A stretch of 64,000 nt of DNA from Octopus sinensis (GCF_006345805.1 NC_042998.1:169260001-169324000), one strand, 5' to 3'. Positions 25,870 to 40,572 are shown, numbered from the stretch's first letter. Translations and numbers: made by a program. Notes: generated from the letters alone by a model not told the origin.

Positions 25870-26420
25870 CCCAGCAAGTCCACCGATTCTTGGGCCGATA
25901 ATTCCATTATTTTGAAAGAGTGAGCTTCTGAACTAGCTTCCTCGACAATACAAAACTCTTCAATATGTCGTTCACTACAGAGTTCTACTTACTTAAGAAA
26001 CAGATAATGCGTTTCATCTCAAAAAGGGCAATATTTATGATCTTGCAAGTTACCGATCTTTTGTCCCCATTTTCAACATCTCAAAGACAATGGACACCTT
26101 ACAGGTGTATACGACCAATACATTTATCATCTTAAGATTCTATCCTTTCCGAATGACTGCCAATAAACTCAACGCTACCGGACCGACTTTTCTACATCAT
26201 GTACTAGTTGTTTCCCGCTTTTGAGAACTTCCACAAAAACAACGTTGTGCTCAATAAAGTTTTCAAGCCTATCTAGCAAAAGAGAATTCAAACATAATTA
26301 CCACCTCTAAGAACTCTATCCGTCTCTTATTTTATATATCGGAAAATTCTTTTCCCACTGTTACATTGCAGACGGTGTTGCTGAACACTATAATCACTAG
26401 GTTGCACTAGATTCACACTT
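25870..26420 (+). mobile_element. Decayed CR1/Jockey-group RT fragment
   Basis: Remnants resembling ASELA...KLFNMSFT, KKG...DLASYR and a KAF-like segment; heavily frameshifted. Confidence 0.5.
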
Positions 26421-26599
26421 CAGTATTTCTGCAGAGAGATATGTGGAATAAAAGTGTATTTATACATTTTAAAGATTACTGAATTGAAATTGCTCTATGC
26501 AAAGGTTCAAAATTAGGCTATTTTAAGACAGAGGCCACTATAAGCATTCGATAACATACAAAATTAAAAACAATACATATCTTTAACTTTATAGGTTTA

Positions 26600-27425
26600 A
26601 TTCCAATTTTAAATAACTGTATAAGAAAAAGGGTGCTGAATGTTAGCAAATTTTTATACATAGCAAAAATATGTTTTGTTAGATAAAATAAATCGAAGCT
26701 GAAGTTTATCCTTCTTTTTACAAACATCATAAAAATCTTGAAGGCACTTGATTGCCCGTTCTGCACTCTGATTTGTTCTGGGAATTTCCAGTTTTGATGG
26801 TTCTCGACTCCAAAAGTTTTTTATAGGGTTCATTGCTTTTTTAGGAACTTGCACGCTACCACATAACTTCTGATAATCATGTGCACTGAACATTTGGTCA
26901 GTAAATCAAAAATCTGCCCAGCTGTAAGAGATGAATCGACAAACATTGAAATGCAAAACTCTTTGTTCTGATAGAAGAATAAATGCCAAAAGAGCTAATA
27001 TTGACCAAGAATTCCATCTTGCATTACTTAAGTTGGGTATTTTTTGAAACTTTACAGTAGGAAATTTGCCGGTTTCATCAAAGAAATGAAAAACTCTGGT
27101 CAAATGAAATGAAAATTTTATGACATCTCGCCATCCTGCTCATTCAGTAATCTTTTCTTCACCATTGTTGAAATTAGCCTGGAGTTTCTCGTAATTACAT
27201 AGAAGCTCTGGGATGAATGTATATTCAATATTGGGAGATGACTTTCTTTCTCCAAGTTCGTTATCCATTACAACACGAAGAACTTTATCAAGGATATGAT
27301 AGTGACGACCAATAAATCGCGGTTTCTTTCAAACCCTTTTGAGCAAACAGTCTTTGCAACTGAATGACAATGTCATTTCTTTTCCCAGTGTTCATACTCG
27401 TTGTATCAAAGACAATCATCCTTAC
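26600..27425 (-). mobile_element. DDE DNA-transposase remnant (hAT-related, hATm-like), interrupted by (TA)n and a SINE fragment
   Basis: MIVFDTTSMNTG, (C)xHHILDKVLR-like, SNARWNS, PRTNQSAERAIK across frames. Confidence 0.6.
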
Positions 27426-27433
27426 ACAGTTCC

Positions 27434-27513
<80 letters not shown>

Positions 27514-27559
27514 TATTGGCCTCTATACAATTCCCTTCTGCCAAATTTATTTGAAGGTC

Positions 27560-27675
27560 ATCTGTCAAACCAAAGCTATAGTATTTGTGAATTGCCTAAG
27601 AAATACGAAGTGGAACTGAACCCGAAACCACATGACTGTGAAATAATTTTTTTAACCACACAGTCATACCAGATA
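27560..27675 (-). mobile_element. SINE-A head fragment, diverged
   Basis: gtggaactgaacccgaaaccacatgac...ttaaccacacagtcatacc. Confidence 0.6.
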
Positions 27676-28700
27676 TATTGATTCTGTTGAATTACGTCTG
27701 TGGATGCTGAAGATTTGGCAGTTACGGAAATTTTGCTAAGATCCGGACGTCAGAATCTGGCCGTTATTGAAGAATACACTCGTAAATGAGTCACGTGAAC
27801 CCGTGCATTTTAGACAGACAGACCCAGTCATTGCTGAAGTTCTTTGCAAATCCAAAACACTGCTACTTAATGATAAAAACTATGATTGTACGCCAAAGAT
27901 TCTGGTCTCAAAGATTTCTGGACAAGCTGAGATTTGCATATCAGTTGCGCCGTAGTATCTTAGTTGAGCAATAGCATCGCTTTCCAGATGTTGTCAACGT
28001 TTTAATCTGGATACCACATGGTAGAGGATCGAGCTCATGTGAGAATGATTAAAAACATTTCATGTTTCATTCAAAATCTTTGCCTGTAGTTGAATCATCA
28101 TCTTCTGCGTCAGTATGTAAAAACCTTTTTTTTTTATTAGACCAGCTCAAACTATTAGGCTTCCGATCTTTGTTGATTCAATATCTACTCACATAGCTCA
28201 CGAAGTAAAAAGTTGCCACTGATCGTCTACCTTCCAGAATTCAGAAGCCCGTCCGTTTATTATGCCGTTTACTCAAGTGCATTTACACTGAAAATTAATG
28301 CATCTTTATATTATTAGATAATTACTAATTGTTCCATCAAAAATATAGTATGTGCAGATGTTAGGACGCACCCAATCGGCTGATTCAGTGGCATTGTTCT
28401 CAGATATGCTTTTCTACCACGTTTTTTACGCTACCTACCATAACATTTTGATCTATTTCTGTGCTTTGATTTCAACAGCTGACAAAAACAATCCTAAAAC
28501 CTAAATAGCTAAAACTTCCACAGGGAGTGAATGCCATCAAAATAATTCATGGAGAAGTTTGCTGTTTATTCACGTAAATGTAAAGAAATTTTTATCTACA
28601 TTCTCTGTTCGGTTCAACAAGACTTATTGTAACATTTTTTTTCACTGCGTAAGAAACCTGTCTGCATTTTGTAATGCAGTTTTAGAAAGCCTAATCTTCC

Positions 28701-28859
<159 letters not shown>

Positions 28860-29442
28860 GTATGTATATATATATGTATGTATATATATATAAACATATA
28901 GATATATACACATATAGCCAAATATATACATGTATATACGTATGTATGTATATCGACTCGAGGGGAGGCTTTAAATAACAGAAGGGTCAGTTTCTGCGCT
29001 CAAAACAATGTTATAACTGAAAAGTTAATAAAATAATAAAAATAATACAATCATATCTTCATTGTTAAATATGTGCCCCAAAATTATATTTATATAAAAC
29101 TTCAACGCTGTTGATTTACAGAACGGTTTTGAATGTAAAATTATAAATTGTGTTTCAATGCTTCATTATCGCAACCCTAAATATTTTTTTTTATCTTATG
29201 TCTAATCAAAATAAATCTGTGTCATATCCTCGCAAGACTGGCTTAGTTGATAATAGGTATATTGATTATATATTTCATGCTAACAAGAACTAGGTACATC
29301 ATTTTTCAGTCTTGTTTAATTCCAATTAGTACCAGTATGCATTTATTCCACCTAGCGGGATAAAACCGAATATTTCATAATTAGCTTTAATGCTAAATAT
29401 ATTTTTTTTTACATATGTCTAACGATACTCAATCATAACAAA

Positions 29443-29521
<79 letters not shown>

Positions 29522-29523
<2 letters not shown>

Positions 29524-30309
29524 CGAAACATTTTATCCTATGCACACCGTTGTTCTGGAAGAAGTTTAGATTCTTGTTCATTCACAAATGCAGCCAACTT
29601 TGTGATGTCATAATTTGTCTCTTGAAGTTAAATCACTAGTTTCATAGTTTGCTTTTGGTAGTCCAAATTTTTAGCTCCCATGGCCAAAATTTAATCCTCA
29701 ATTTCAATCAGTGCTTGGTTAAAAATTGTTTCAAAGAACTGATATTGATATCTGGGTTTGCTTGCTGAACAACATACTTTAAGTCTTCAGCCATGTCCTC
29801 ACGATGTTTCATCCAAAGCTATAGGGGACTGCCAAGTTGACACATGTTCAATATGATTGCAAAAAGGTTACGGAGTTTCCTTAGAAAATCTGATACTGAT
29901 ACTTCAGGCAATGCAAGGTCCAAATGCTCATCATTTTCTAAAATAACCTTGTTGATAGTATGCTTCCCTATAAGTTTCACAGACATGACCATTTACCCTC
30001 CTCGAATTTTGGAATGATTTGGGACCACGTACTTCATGCAAAAAGAGACATAAGTAGTGGCATTCTGCTTGGCTTGGGGTGGGGTACACTGTAAACTCTT
30101 GCAAGAGCATCCGCCCCACGTTTCCTTTTGCGCCATTTATTGTTCCTCCAGGTGTAATACACGGGTAATTGTGGGTAAATGAGTTTTCTTTCATCTTTAT
30201 CTACTTGCCACAGCTTAAAAAAGGCAGTAAGGGGAGTTTCTTTTGGAGAACGTGCTTGTTGCAAGGTTGCTTGGGTTGCTTGTTTTATAAAGATAACCAT
30301 GTGACCATT
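29522..30309 (-). mobile_element. Helitron Rep/helicase coding remnant
   Basis: LENGHMVIF, ETPLTAFFKL, YPQLPVYYTW, ARVYSV, ECHYLCLFLHEVRGPKSF...VNG...ETYREA, ENDEHLDLAL, KLRNLFAIIL. Confidence 0.85.
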
Positions 30310-30317
30310 CTCTAGAC

Positions 30318-31455
30318 CAGCGTTTCTCAACTAGAGTTCCTCAAAAGGTTCCCAGGGGTTCTGCGAGAAAGAGTGAGATAAGCTAATGCTAATTTCATGA
30401 TCGTAATATTGCTATAACATGCACAACATATTATTGTTTATTGTAATATTGTATCATCCTATCTAACCTATTATGTTATCAAAAAATATAACAACCATTA
30501 GGGATATTTTTAGTGATTTCTGTAATTTATGGTTACCCTGTATTCTTTTTCTTTATTTCTACAGAAATACCTAATAACTCTATGTGGAGGTTTTTGAAGA
30601 AGAAACATTCAGTAAATTCGGACGAGGTTAGTGATGAAGAACCACTGCACTAGTAGTTCAACAACGGAAAGAAAGAAGATCTGTCTTTAGGATGAAAGTT
30701 GCTTATCAATGGGCGTCACGTGGACCGGTGATTCAAGCTCTCCCATTCCATTGTGTGTCGTTTATGGCAAACAGCTATCAAATGCAGCAATGGCTCCAGC
30801 TAAACTAAAAAGACACTTCACAACAAATCACAGTCATATGAAAAGTCAGAGAGCAGATTTTTTTAAAGGTTGTTGGAATCTCAGAAGAAACAGAGTACAG
30901 CTTTTGTGTGTAAAGTTAGCGTCAGTGAAAAGTCTCTTGAAACAAGTTATTTGGTAGCAGAAATTATTGCACAGAAAAGGAAAAGTTACACAGTTGGTGA
31001 GAACTTAGTACTGCTAGCTTGTAAAATTATAGTCGGTAAAATGCTTTGTCAAATTGCACTACGAGAAATTGAAAATGTTCCACTTTCAGATAGTACAGTA
31101 AGTCAACGCATCGATGATATGGCACATGACATTGAAGAGGTTTTGCGTGACAAATTGAAAAATAGCAATTTTTCTATTCAAGTTAATGAGTCAACAGATC
31201 TTACCAATAATTGTCATGTAGCTTTTATAAGATTTGTTAATGAGGGTGAAACTCAAGAAAATTTCCTATGCTGCAAAGAACTACCTGGGACAAGCAAAGG
31301 AATATATGTATTCAACATTTTATCCTCATATCTAGAAACAAGATATCTCTCCTGAAAGGAATATGTTGGCATTTGTACTGATGGCGCCCAATCAATGGCT
31401 GGCTCCATAAAAGGTTTCGTTTCTCTTATAAAACAAGAAAATCCTGATATAACCT
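30318..31455 (+). mobile_element. hAT-Buster (Charlie/ZBED5-like) transposon, 5' TIR and N-terminal transposase, 3'-truncated
   Basis: TIR cagcgtttctcaac preceded by ctcTAgac; PLCVV...LSNAAMAPAKLKRHF, VPLSDSTVSQRIDDM, QVNESTD, FLCCKEL, ICTDGA. Confidence 0.88.
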
Positions 31456-31776
31456 TCATCTCCTTATTCCTTTACTCCTGTCCTCTATGTCGTCATTTCA
31501 TTAATCTATACCCTTCTCATTTTCTCTATTTGTCTCCGATGACGGAATATCCCATACTCTGGGATATCGCAGAAACAGCTGCAAGACTTTGAATCTTTTT
31601 TCCAATAATAATAATAATGTATATGATTTGAGATGTTTGCCTTCTCTCTTTAACAATTATATATATATATATATATAACAATAAGGGTTTAGCAACAAAT
31701 TGCTTGACCACATACCGAAAATTTTAGAAATAGCAGCCAAAAGACTACTATTTCCTTTTTCTACATCTGTAATAAA

Positions 31777-31855
<79 letters not shown>

Positions 31856-32561
31856 AAAAGTTTCGTGTGTAAAATACGTTTCGTATAGATTCTTTTTTTC
31901 GTCTAACACTAAGTTTTTCGAAAATTTGCACTTGAAATCTACAGCCAGTACTCAGCTAGTCCTGTGGATATTGCCTTAAACCTAGATATTTACCGATAAG
32001 AATTTGGAGCATCAACAAATTATCTTAAAATATTTAACCAAATATATTAATTTTCGTCTATCAAGCATCTCATAGGTTGAGGCTTTATCACAGAGTTGTT
32101 CTACAGAAAAGGTAAATTACACAAAAAATTATTATAACAACATTCTAAAACAAAAACAAAAACAGAAACCTTGACGAATTATGGTATAATCTTCCTTATA
32201 ATCTCTTAGAATGCACTTATATAGCGATAAATTTCGGGAACTTTCTTCTTTAACATTTTTCCAAACATGTCAGTTATCGAAGGATATTTAGCACCAGTTC
32301 TATAAAAATTAACTATCTAGAACTCCCAACTTTATTAAAGTTATTATTTAAAGCTTCACGTAAACTTTTTTAACTGTGATTGAGTTGATTATTAAGAACT
32401 AAATTTCACTGAGTGCAAAGCTTTACAAATAAATATATAACCTTCGATCAGACGTGTAGACATTAATTTCTAAAAATATCCTGGAATATAAATAACCACA
32501 ATACAAATTTCGACACCAGATGGGAAATTTTAAACCATGTAAAAAGCCTATAATCGGCACA

Positions 32562-32947
32562 TGGAAGCACTCCGTCGGTTACGACGACGAGGGTTCCGGT
32601 TGATCCGAATCAACGGAACAGCCTGCTCGTGAAATTAACGTGTAAGTGGCTGAGCACTCCACAGACACGTGTACCCTTAACGTAGTTCTCGGGGATATTC
32701 AGCGTGACACAGAGAGTGACAAGGCCGGCCCTTTGAAATACAGGTACAACAGAAACAGGAAGTAAGAGTGAGAGAAAGTTGTGGTGAAAGAGTACAGCAG
32801 GGATCACCACCATCCCCTGCCGGAGCCTCGTGGAGCTTTTAGGTGTTTTCGCTCAATAAACACTCACAACGCCCGGTCTGGGAATCGAAACCGCGATCCT
32901 ATGACCGTGAGTCCGCTGCCCTAACCACTGGGCCATTGCGCCTCCAC
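32562..32947 (-). mobile_element. SINE family C, tail type 2, with 10-bp TSD
   Basis: aatcggcaca at 32552-32561 and 32948-32957; A and B boxes in the head. Confidence 0.92.
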
Positions 32948-33952
32948 AATCGGCACACTAGTCTCTAAATTTTAACAATCTCGGAGAAGCAGAAACATTC
33001 TCAGTAGAAACAGAGAGTTAATGTCATATTACTCACGTAAACTCTCATTTCTATTCAAGAATTAAAATGCAGACACATCGTTGAATATAATTTAAAATCT
33101 TGTAGTTATTTCTTCTATTCCATATCACCGGACATTTATAATTTTCCTAATCAATTTTCTTTTATAAGTTTATGTTTAATGTCTTTAAATTTTCGTATGT
33201 ATAGCATATTAAATCAATTATATGACTGTTCGAAAACATCTATTCCTTCCTTTTTTTTCGCTATCCTACATTTTCTTCGCTAATTCTTTCTTTCCTTTTT
33301 TTTCCATTTACATATATAATTGTGCTATTTCTGTCTCTTTTTATTTATTCCTTTACTTTCCTCTTTCTTTCCTATTATTCCTCTCAACTGTATTTTAGGT
33401 TTTTCATTTGCATTCATCGTTCATATAGCATTTTTATTCATCAGTGCATTGCATGATATTTGTAAACCTTTTACTTCTTTTGTCGCTCTTTATAATTCTA
33501 TTCTATTTCTCTTCTTTCATTCCCTTTTTTCGAGTTTTTTGATTTTCTATTTTTTCCGAATTCAATATTTTACATCCGTAAGCGTACATTCTACATATTT
33601 TTGCGAATATTAACTCGACAGGATCCAGAAAAAAAAACAATCAAATTACAAATACATTTTCCAATATTTTGCGACATTTCAAAGGTGAGTTGAATCATAT
33701 GTATATAGATTTATGCTCATTGTTAACCTCCTTACTACCAGAGAAGCCTGAAACTAAAACACTGAGTTGTAATAACGCGGTTTTAGTTTCTGTTAAATAT
33801 GACATTACTTTTATTCAGGATTTTTTCTCACATTTGTTGCACAAATAATTGACTTTTCCTGTGATAGATATGAATAAACATGCGTACATATATACATATA
33901 TGTATATCTGTTTATAAATAGACTCATAAACAAACATACATACACACACACG

Positions 33953-34060
<108 letters not shown>

Positions 34061-34336
34061 TGTATGTATGTATGTATGTATGTATGTATGTACAAGGATT
34101 TAAAGGAGAGCTACAATTAGTTTCATACCTCTGAAAATACAATGATCGGACAAGCTTGTATAGCGTGCCGTGTATTTCCAGGCAATCATTAAATGGCACA
34201 CTATACAAGCTTGACTGAACTTTGTATTTTCGGAGGCTTGAAACTTATAGTAGCTCACATTTAAATCCTGTGTATATTAATTGATATTTATAACTCACTG
34301 TACTTTTTCTTGATCCCACCACTAAGGGAACAGTAC

Positions 34337-34391
<55 letters not shown>

Positions 34392-34584
34392 GTATGTATA
34401 TATATATACACACTAGTAGTAATACTCGTCATTGATCGGATAATTACTTTGACTGTTTCTCGGGAGCCACATTGAAAATATTATTATATTTATTATATAT
34501 ATAATTTACTTCTCCTGTATGTGTGTATTTTATAAGAGAAAAACATGTAATAAGTGAAGTAGAAAAAAGATCGATTTCATTCTT

Positions 34585-35320
34585 GAATCTCGGCTCAAAC
34601 AAAACTTTATTAATCGAAATAAATACCATCAGAATCAACACACTTTTGCCAACGCGAAACAAGTTTATTTATGCCAGTAGCGTAAAAATCCTGAGTTCTG
34701 GTGGCGATGAAGTCGTTGAAGGCGTGTTTGGCATTGCCTTGGTTTTTGAGGCATTTCTTACGCAGGAAGTTGTCGAGATGCTTGAAAAAGTGGTAGTCGG
34801 TAGGCGAGAGGTCTGGTGAGTATGGCGGATGAGGCAGAATTTCGTAGCCCAATCCGTTCAACTTCTGTAGGGTCAGTTGTGCGATGTGCGGCCGAGCGTT
34901 GTCGTGGAGAAGAACTGGCCCTTTTCTATTGACCAATGCTGGCTGTTGTTGGAGTTTCTTATGCATTTCATCCATTTGTTGACAGAACTTCTCCGCCATA
35001 ACGATTTTGCCTGGATCCAAAAAACTGTAATGGATGAGGCCGGCCGCAGACCACCAAACAGTTACCATGACCTCTTTTTGGTGCAACTTTGGCTTTGGGA
35101 GGTACCGTGGAACTTCGTCAGCGTCCAACCACTGAGCTGAGTGTCGCCGGTTGTCGTAAAGAATCTACTTTTCATCGCAAGTCACAATCCGGTCGAGAAA
35201 CCGATCGTTCTTGGTGCGTGAAAGAAGGAAAGACGACACTTCAAAACGGCGTCTTTTTTTTTTTTTTTTTTATTGTCGTTCAATTCGTGCGGCACCCATG
35301 TTCTCAAATATTTTGAGAAC
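34585..35320 (-). mobile_element. Mariner (Hsmar1/SETMAR-like) transposase C-terminal half
   Basis: VMVTVWWSAAG, LLHDNARPH, PHPPYSPDLSPTDYHFF (D34D type), RWQKCVDSDGIYFD. Confidence 0.95.
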
Positions 35321-35741
35321 ATGAGAAGATAACTCTTACTCCCACCTTAGATTTCCATTTACTACACAGAATTTTCAATGACCTTTCAAGAAAGAGATAT
35401 TTTAGGACAAAGGAAGGATATTCGTTATAGTTTAAATTATTTCAACTTGAAATATCAGCTGTATAAGTTGCAGACATTTTTAAAATTTAATTATAAGAAT
35501 GTAGAAGAAATAACATTACAGCTAAAAAAAAACTTGATAGATATAAATTTAAATAAGATAAACTTTGATAATTTATGTAAAGTTTATGTTTATGTAAAAT
35601 TGTATGTTTTCTCAGTAAATTAAATTAATGACTATAAAAATGATTTTGGTAGATAAAAGTATCATTAGCAACAAGACATCCGATTTAAACATATACAACT
35701 GTTTTTCTCGGATGTGCTAATATTTATAATTTTAAAATCTA

Positions 35742-36358
35742 CGAGGTAATATCAAAACGTTACCGAACTAGTTCTTTAGCGTGCCAACAGATGGCAGCAC
35801 ACAGTTGCATGCACAGTGAGGGCTAGCAGTGATCTTCGGGAAGCAGTGTTCCGAGTGACATCGCTGTGTTTACTTTGCAAGTTGTGATTGTGATCGTGTA
35901 TGTTGTAGTCTGCGATTTTGTCATGGACAGAAACAAAGAGCCAATATGTTTTGCGTTAAATTGGGAAGTCTACTACAGAGACATTGAGCGTGCTTCGGCA
36001 AGCTTACGGCGACGATGCAATGCATCGCACGCAATGTTTCGAGTGACACGGGCGCCTCCCAAGCAGAAGGACGACCTTGAAAGACGATGAGCAATCTGCA
36101 AGATCTACTACGAGCGTCACCCCTGGAAATGAGGAAAAAATTCACCAGCTTGTGCATGAAGATCGTCGGAGGATATTCAACGACATTGCTGATGTTGTTG
36201 GTCTGTCGTATGGGTCCGTGCAGGCAATCCTAATGTCTTGGTTGAACATGTGGCGTGTCTCTGCCAAGTTTGTCCATCGCCTGCTGATCACTGAGCAGAA
36301 AGAGCATCACGTCGAAGTCTGTGAAGATCTCCGTCAGCGTGCCTCTGATGACCCATGA
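35742..36358 (+). mobile_element. Mariner 5' TIR plus decayed N-terminal transposase
   Basis: TA|CGAGG TIR start; DRRR...IADVVGLSYGSVQAIL...RVSAKFVHRLL (WVPxxL-equivalent motif). Confidence 0.85.
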
Positions 36359-36419
36359 AACAAGTAAAAAAGATAAAAGTATATATATATATATATACAT
36401 GTGTGTATGTGTGTATATA

Positions 36420-36630
36420 TGTGTCTTTGTGCTTGTAGTTGTCCTCCACCACTGCTTGACAACCGGTGTTTACGTTCCCGTAACTTAGTAAGACCCAGGT
36501 AGAATACTACCAGGCTTTAACAAAAATAAGTACTGGAGTCAATTCATTTGATGAAAAGTTGCTCAAGGTGGTGCCCCAGCATGGCCGCAGATTAATGACC
36601 GAAACAGTTAAAAGATAAAACGTAAAAGAT
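36420..36630 (+). mobile_element. SINE-A-like tail, diverged
   Basis: tgcttgacaaccggtg...ggtggtgccccagcatggccgcag...gaaacagttaaaaga. Confidence 0.7.
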
Positions 36631-38874
36631 TACGTAATTAAAGATAAAGGGTACATACGTCTTACAATATTTTTTCTATAGGAATATCATGTTATCAATT
36701 AAAAATAACCGCAATTATAACATTACATGTGTGAATGTGTTTGAGTATGTACGTCTATGTATATTTGTGCATGTGTGTCTGAGTGCATATTTATAAGTTA
36801 GTAGCTGCAACAAACGAAAGAAAAAGTAGACACTTATATAGAATTTTAACATAATTTGGTCAACAGAAAGCAGCCTTGGCAACCTTTAGTAGCTTCGCTG
36901 CATGAGAAGGACGCCATTTATCAAGCGCCGTGTTTGAATAAACTTTAAAACAATGTTGACGAATAACAGCAGAAGTCTCGTTTTGATCACGTGTCAAAGG
37001 CATTAAGCTAGATTTTTCTAAGACAGAGAAATCAATAGAAGTCATTCTGGAGATATCAAGTTTACAAGTGAACGTAACAAGCAATAGAAAAATTCATACA
37101 AAAATAGGGTGAGACTGATTTTGAGACATTGCAAGGAATGAAATTAAAGAAGAGACAATTATTTTCCTTGTCTTGTCACGAATTCTACGATATTGATACT
37201 TCATAGATTTCTCGCAGTTCGTAATTTCGAGAGCGATGCAAAACAGATTCAAAATAATATGAAATTGCATAAATTAATTATTGAATTGATACAAGTAGAA
37301 CCATTCGGAATGCTGATCGTGACACAGTCTTTTATGTGTTTGTAGTTTGTTTATATAGAGAGCAAGGCTTCCATCATTTAGTTAAGCAAAAGCACAAACC
37401 ACAAGATATAACAAAGAAAACACAACACAAACGTTGCATAGAATGTATGCTTTACAAGCTCATATCTCGTTTATGTACAAGGGAACATGAGTTTGCTTAG
37501 CAAACAGGATTTAATGTTTAAATAACTTTTTTTAAATGATTTTATTCAAATAATTTTTTTTTATAGTCTTCCACAAAAATTGAAGGAGAAATTTCCAGAT
37601 ACAGATATTCAGATCACCGAAAACTAACGACAAAGATCATTGAATATCATTATAATATATTATTACAATATAACATATTATATAAATGTTACTTATTTTT
37701 TGGTTATAAACGTCATTATCATTTTATGACGTACTTAACGGAAGTGATCGCGAGAATGACATATATGCATTTCGCTGTTTCCGCGTATTGTTAGCGTCAC
37801 TTCCGGACGACAATTGTAGCATCGGGCTTTTCTACACACAGAGAATAGATATATCATATAGATTTTTTTTTAACTTTATTCTAGAGCTACTTCTATTGCA
37901 TAATTTAAATCATTGTCATCCTTTTGATGCTTGTAGTATTTAAATTTGTTGTTGTATATTGGGGGGTTAAATCCTGCCGTGATTCTTTTCCTTTAATCCC
38001 ATCAAAAGGGATTAAATAAATACATAATAGCACATAATAATATACATTAGGACTGAAGTTACTTGATAGTAACTCTTCACCAACTACAACTGGTTTTGTG
38101 CTTAGTCAAGAAATGGTGAGGCGACCTGCGTCAAAGACCCAATTTCCGTCCTCACTTAAAGGTATCTTTTCACTTTCGTTGCTAATTTTGTTAGCAGACC
38201 TTTAGACGTCACAAATAATTTTCTCTTTCTCAAAATGTAAGGTTTATGCCTTCTCCATTTATAAGAGAGACGTTCTATTTGTCCGGGAATTCAATGATAA
38301 AAGACAGTTAAAGACAGCTAAGACAATAATATCATTCGACCAAAGAAGAAAAAAGGAAGTTATATCTTTGATGTTTGACTTTCGCAAGAAAACAACTATA
38401 TCATAAATCATCTGGTATTGATCTACAACAAATAATAAAGTTTCTTTTCTTTTTTTTTTCTCCAGTTTTACGGTCCAAAGGAAAATATTTTCAAAGTATA
38501 TGAGATATTAAAACTGCAACATTAGATTACGGTTGTGACATTCAATTTTTAACAATATTGGTATTTCTTAAAATAACTGATTTCTCTCAGTTTTTTATTG
38601 TCTAATCAATAATAGAAAACCTAATTTTGTGAACTGCAAATAGGCTGTCTGAAAAACCATTTTATTTTCCTTATTAAATTAAGTTCTTCTAACTACTACA
38701 AACACGAAATCTGGTAAATGCGTAGGTTTTCTTCCTTCTCTCTCTCTTCTCTCTCTCTCTCTCTCTCTCAATCTCTCTATCTATCTATCTATGTATCTTT
38801 ATTTTTATTTATTTCTCCCTCACTCTCTCTCACTTCCTCTTTCTCTCTGTCTATCTATTTATCTATCTCTAAAC

Positions 38875-39182
<308 letters not shown>

Positions 39183-39941
39183 TGAAGAGACTTGCTAGAA
39201 TTATTATCTTCGCTTTTAACATATTTTGTCAGTTGTCTTGAACTCTTTAAACATCTGGAATTTAACAGAAAAACCATCGTGAATTTAGTCATTGACAATA
39301 ATTATAAATGCATAATAATGTTGATTACAGAATAGCATTTCATAAATGAGACTTGAGTGAAAATTATGTAAGACTGTAGAAGAATAAATGTTAATCTCCG
39401 TGTAAACAATTTCGTTAAGATATATTCTTCCCCAATAGTATATATTGTAGGTTATTCTCCAAAAGCCCATTTTACATTGTGCACTTGTACACAAACTAGC
39501 ACAGATTACTGCGACGAATTAGTCGAATTGTTATATCAGGTTTCCTTTTAACAATCTTCTATTCAAATGTTAAAATATAGATAAACCATTTATGATACTT
39601 TCTCTCTTTTTTGCTTTTTTTTTTTTCTCATTTCGAAGAATATCAATTATTTTTTACAGCTCTGCTACATGTAGAAAATTTACAGAATTCGGAGAAAAAC
39701 TTAGTTTCAGAATGTAGAAAATTTCAAGGATTATAATTTATTCCGAGTAAATCAGATCAATAGTTTTATTTTAATTTTTTAATCAATGAAAAATCCAATA
39801 AAGAGAAATAATGGGAGTTAAAATTAAGTATGTTTAAGTAAATAAAATTACATTCGAAAATGGAAAACATGATGCAGCAGAAACAGTAGTATTGTGCCAG
39901 AAACAATTACGATGTTCGGTGCCAGAATTGTCCAGACTCTA

Positions 39942-40294
39942 TCCCTCTATATATAAACAGCAGTTTGTCTGTCTGTGTGTCTGTTATGTTGTACCCTCAC
40001 CCTGACCACGGCTTTCAACCGATTCTGTTGAAACTTGACACACACATAGCCCAATGTCATAATTCAAAACTAACGCAGCGAAAATTTTGAAAAGTTCCCC
40101 CAATTCTGAAAAAGAATCGATAAATTCGACATGGGGTCGAGAATCAGAAACACAAACCACGACCTTTTTAACTCTCAAAAAAATTTACCATCATTTTTTT
40201 TCCATTTTTTTGCTGTTTTTTGGCTATAACTCTCTAAAAATGCTTTATAGTTATTTCCCTTACAAACCCGAGCAACACCGGGCGATACTGCTAG
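39942..40294 (+). mobile_element. Non-autonomous Helitron
   Basis: 5' A|TCCCTCTATATATAAAC, 3' aacccgagcaacaccgggcgatactgCTAG|T. Confidence 0.85.
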
Positions 40295-40572
40295 TATAAT
40301 ATAACATTATTCAAAGACAGTTTCTTAAGGCAAATATGTTAAAACTCGCGCATTTAGTATGCTATTGTATTTCCATGTGTGAAAGGTCAATCCACATTTC
40401 TTCTTTCGGCGTAAGCATGCCGCACTGTATATAAAAAAAAACACTCGTATAATTTCGAACTACTTGCATTGATATTATTGTAATGCATAGCATTTACACA
40501 ATTATGGAACACATATATGAGTACGAAAGCAGATATTGAATTTATATGAGTACGTATGTCTCATTAAATTTT

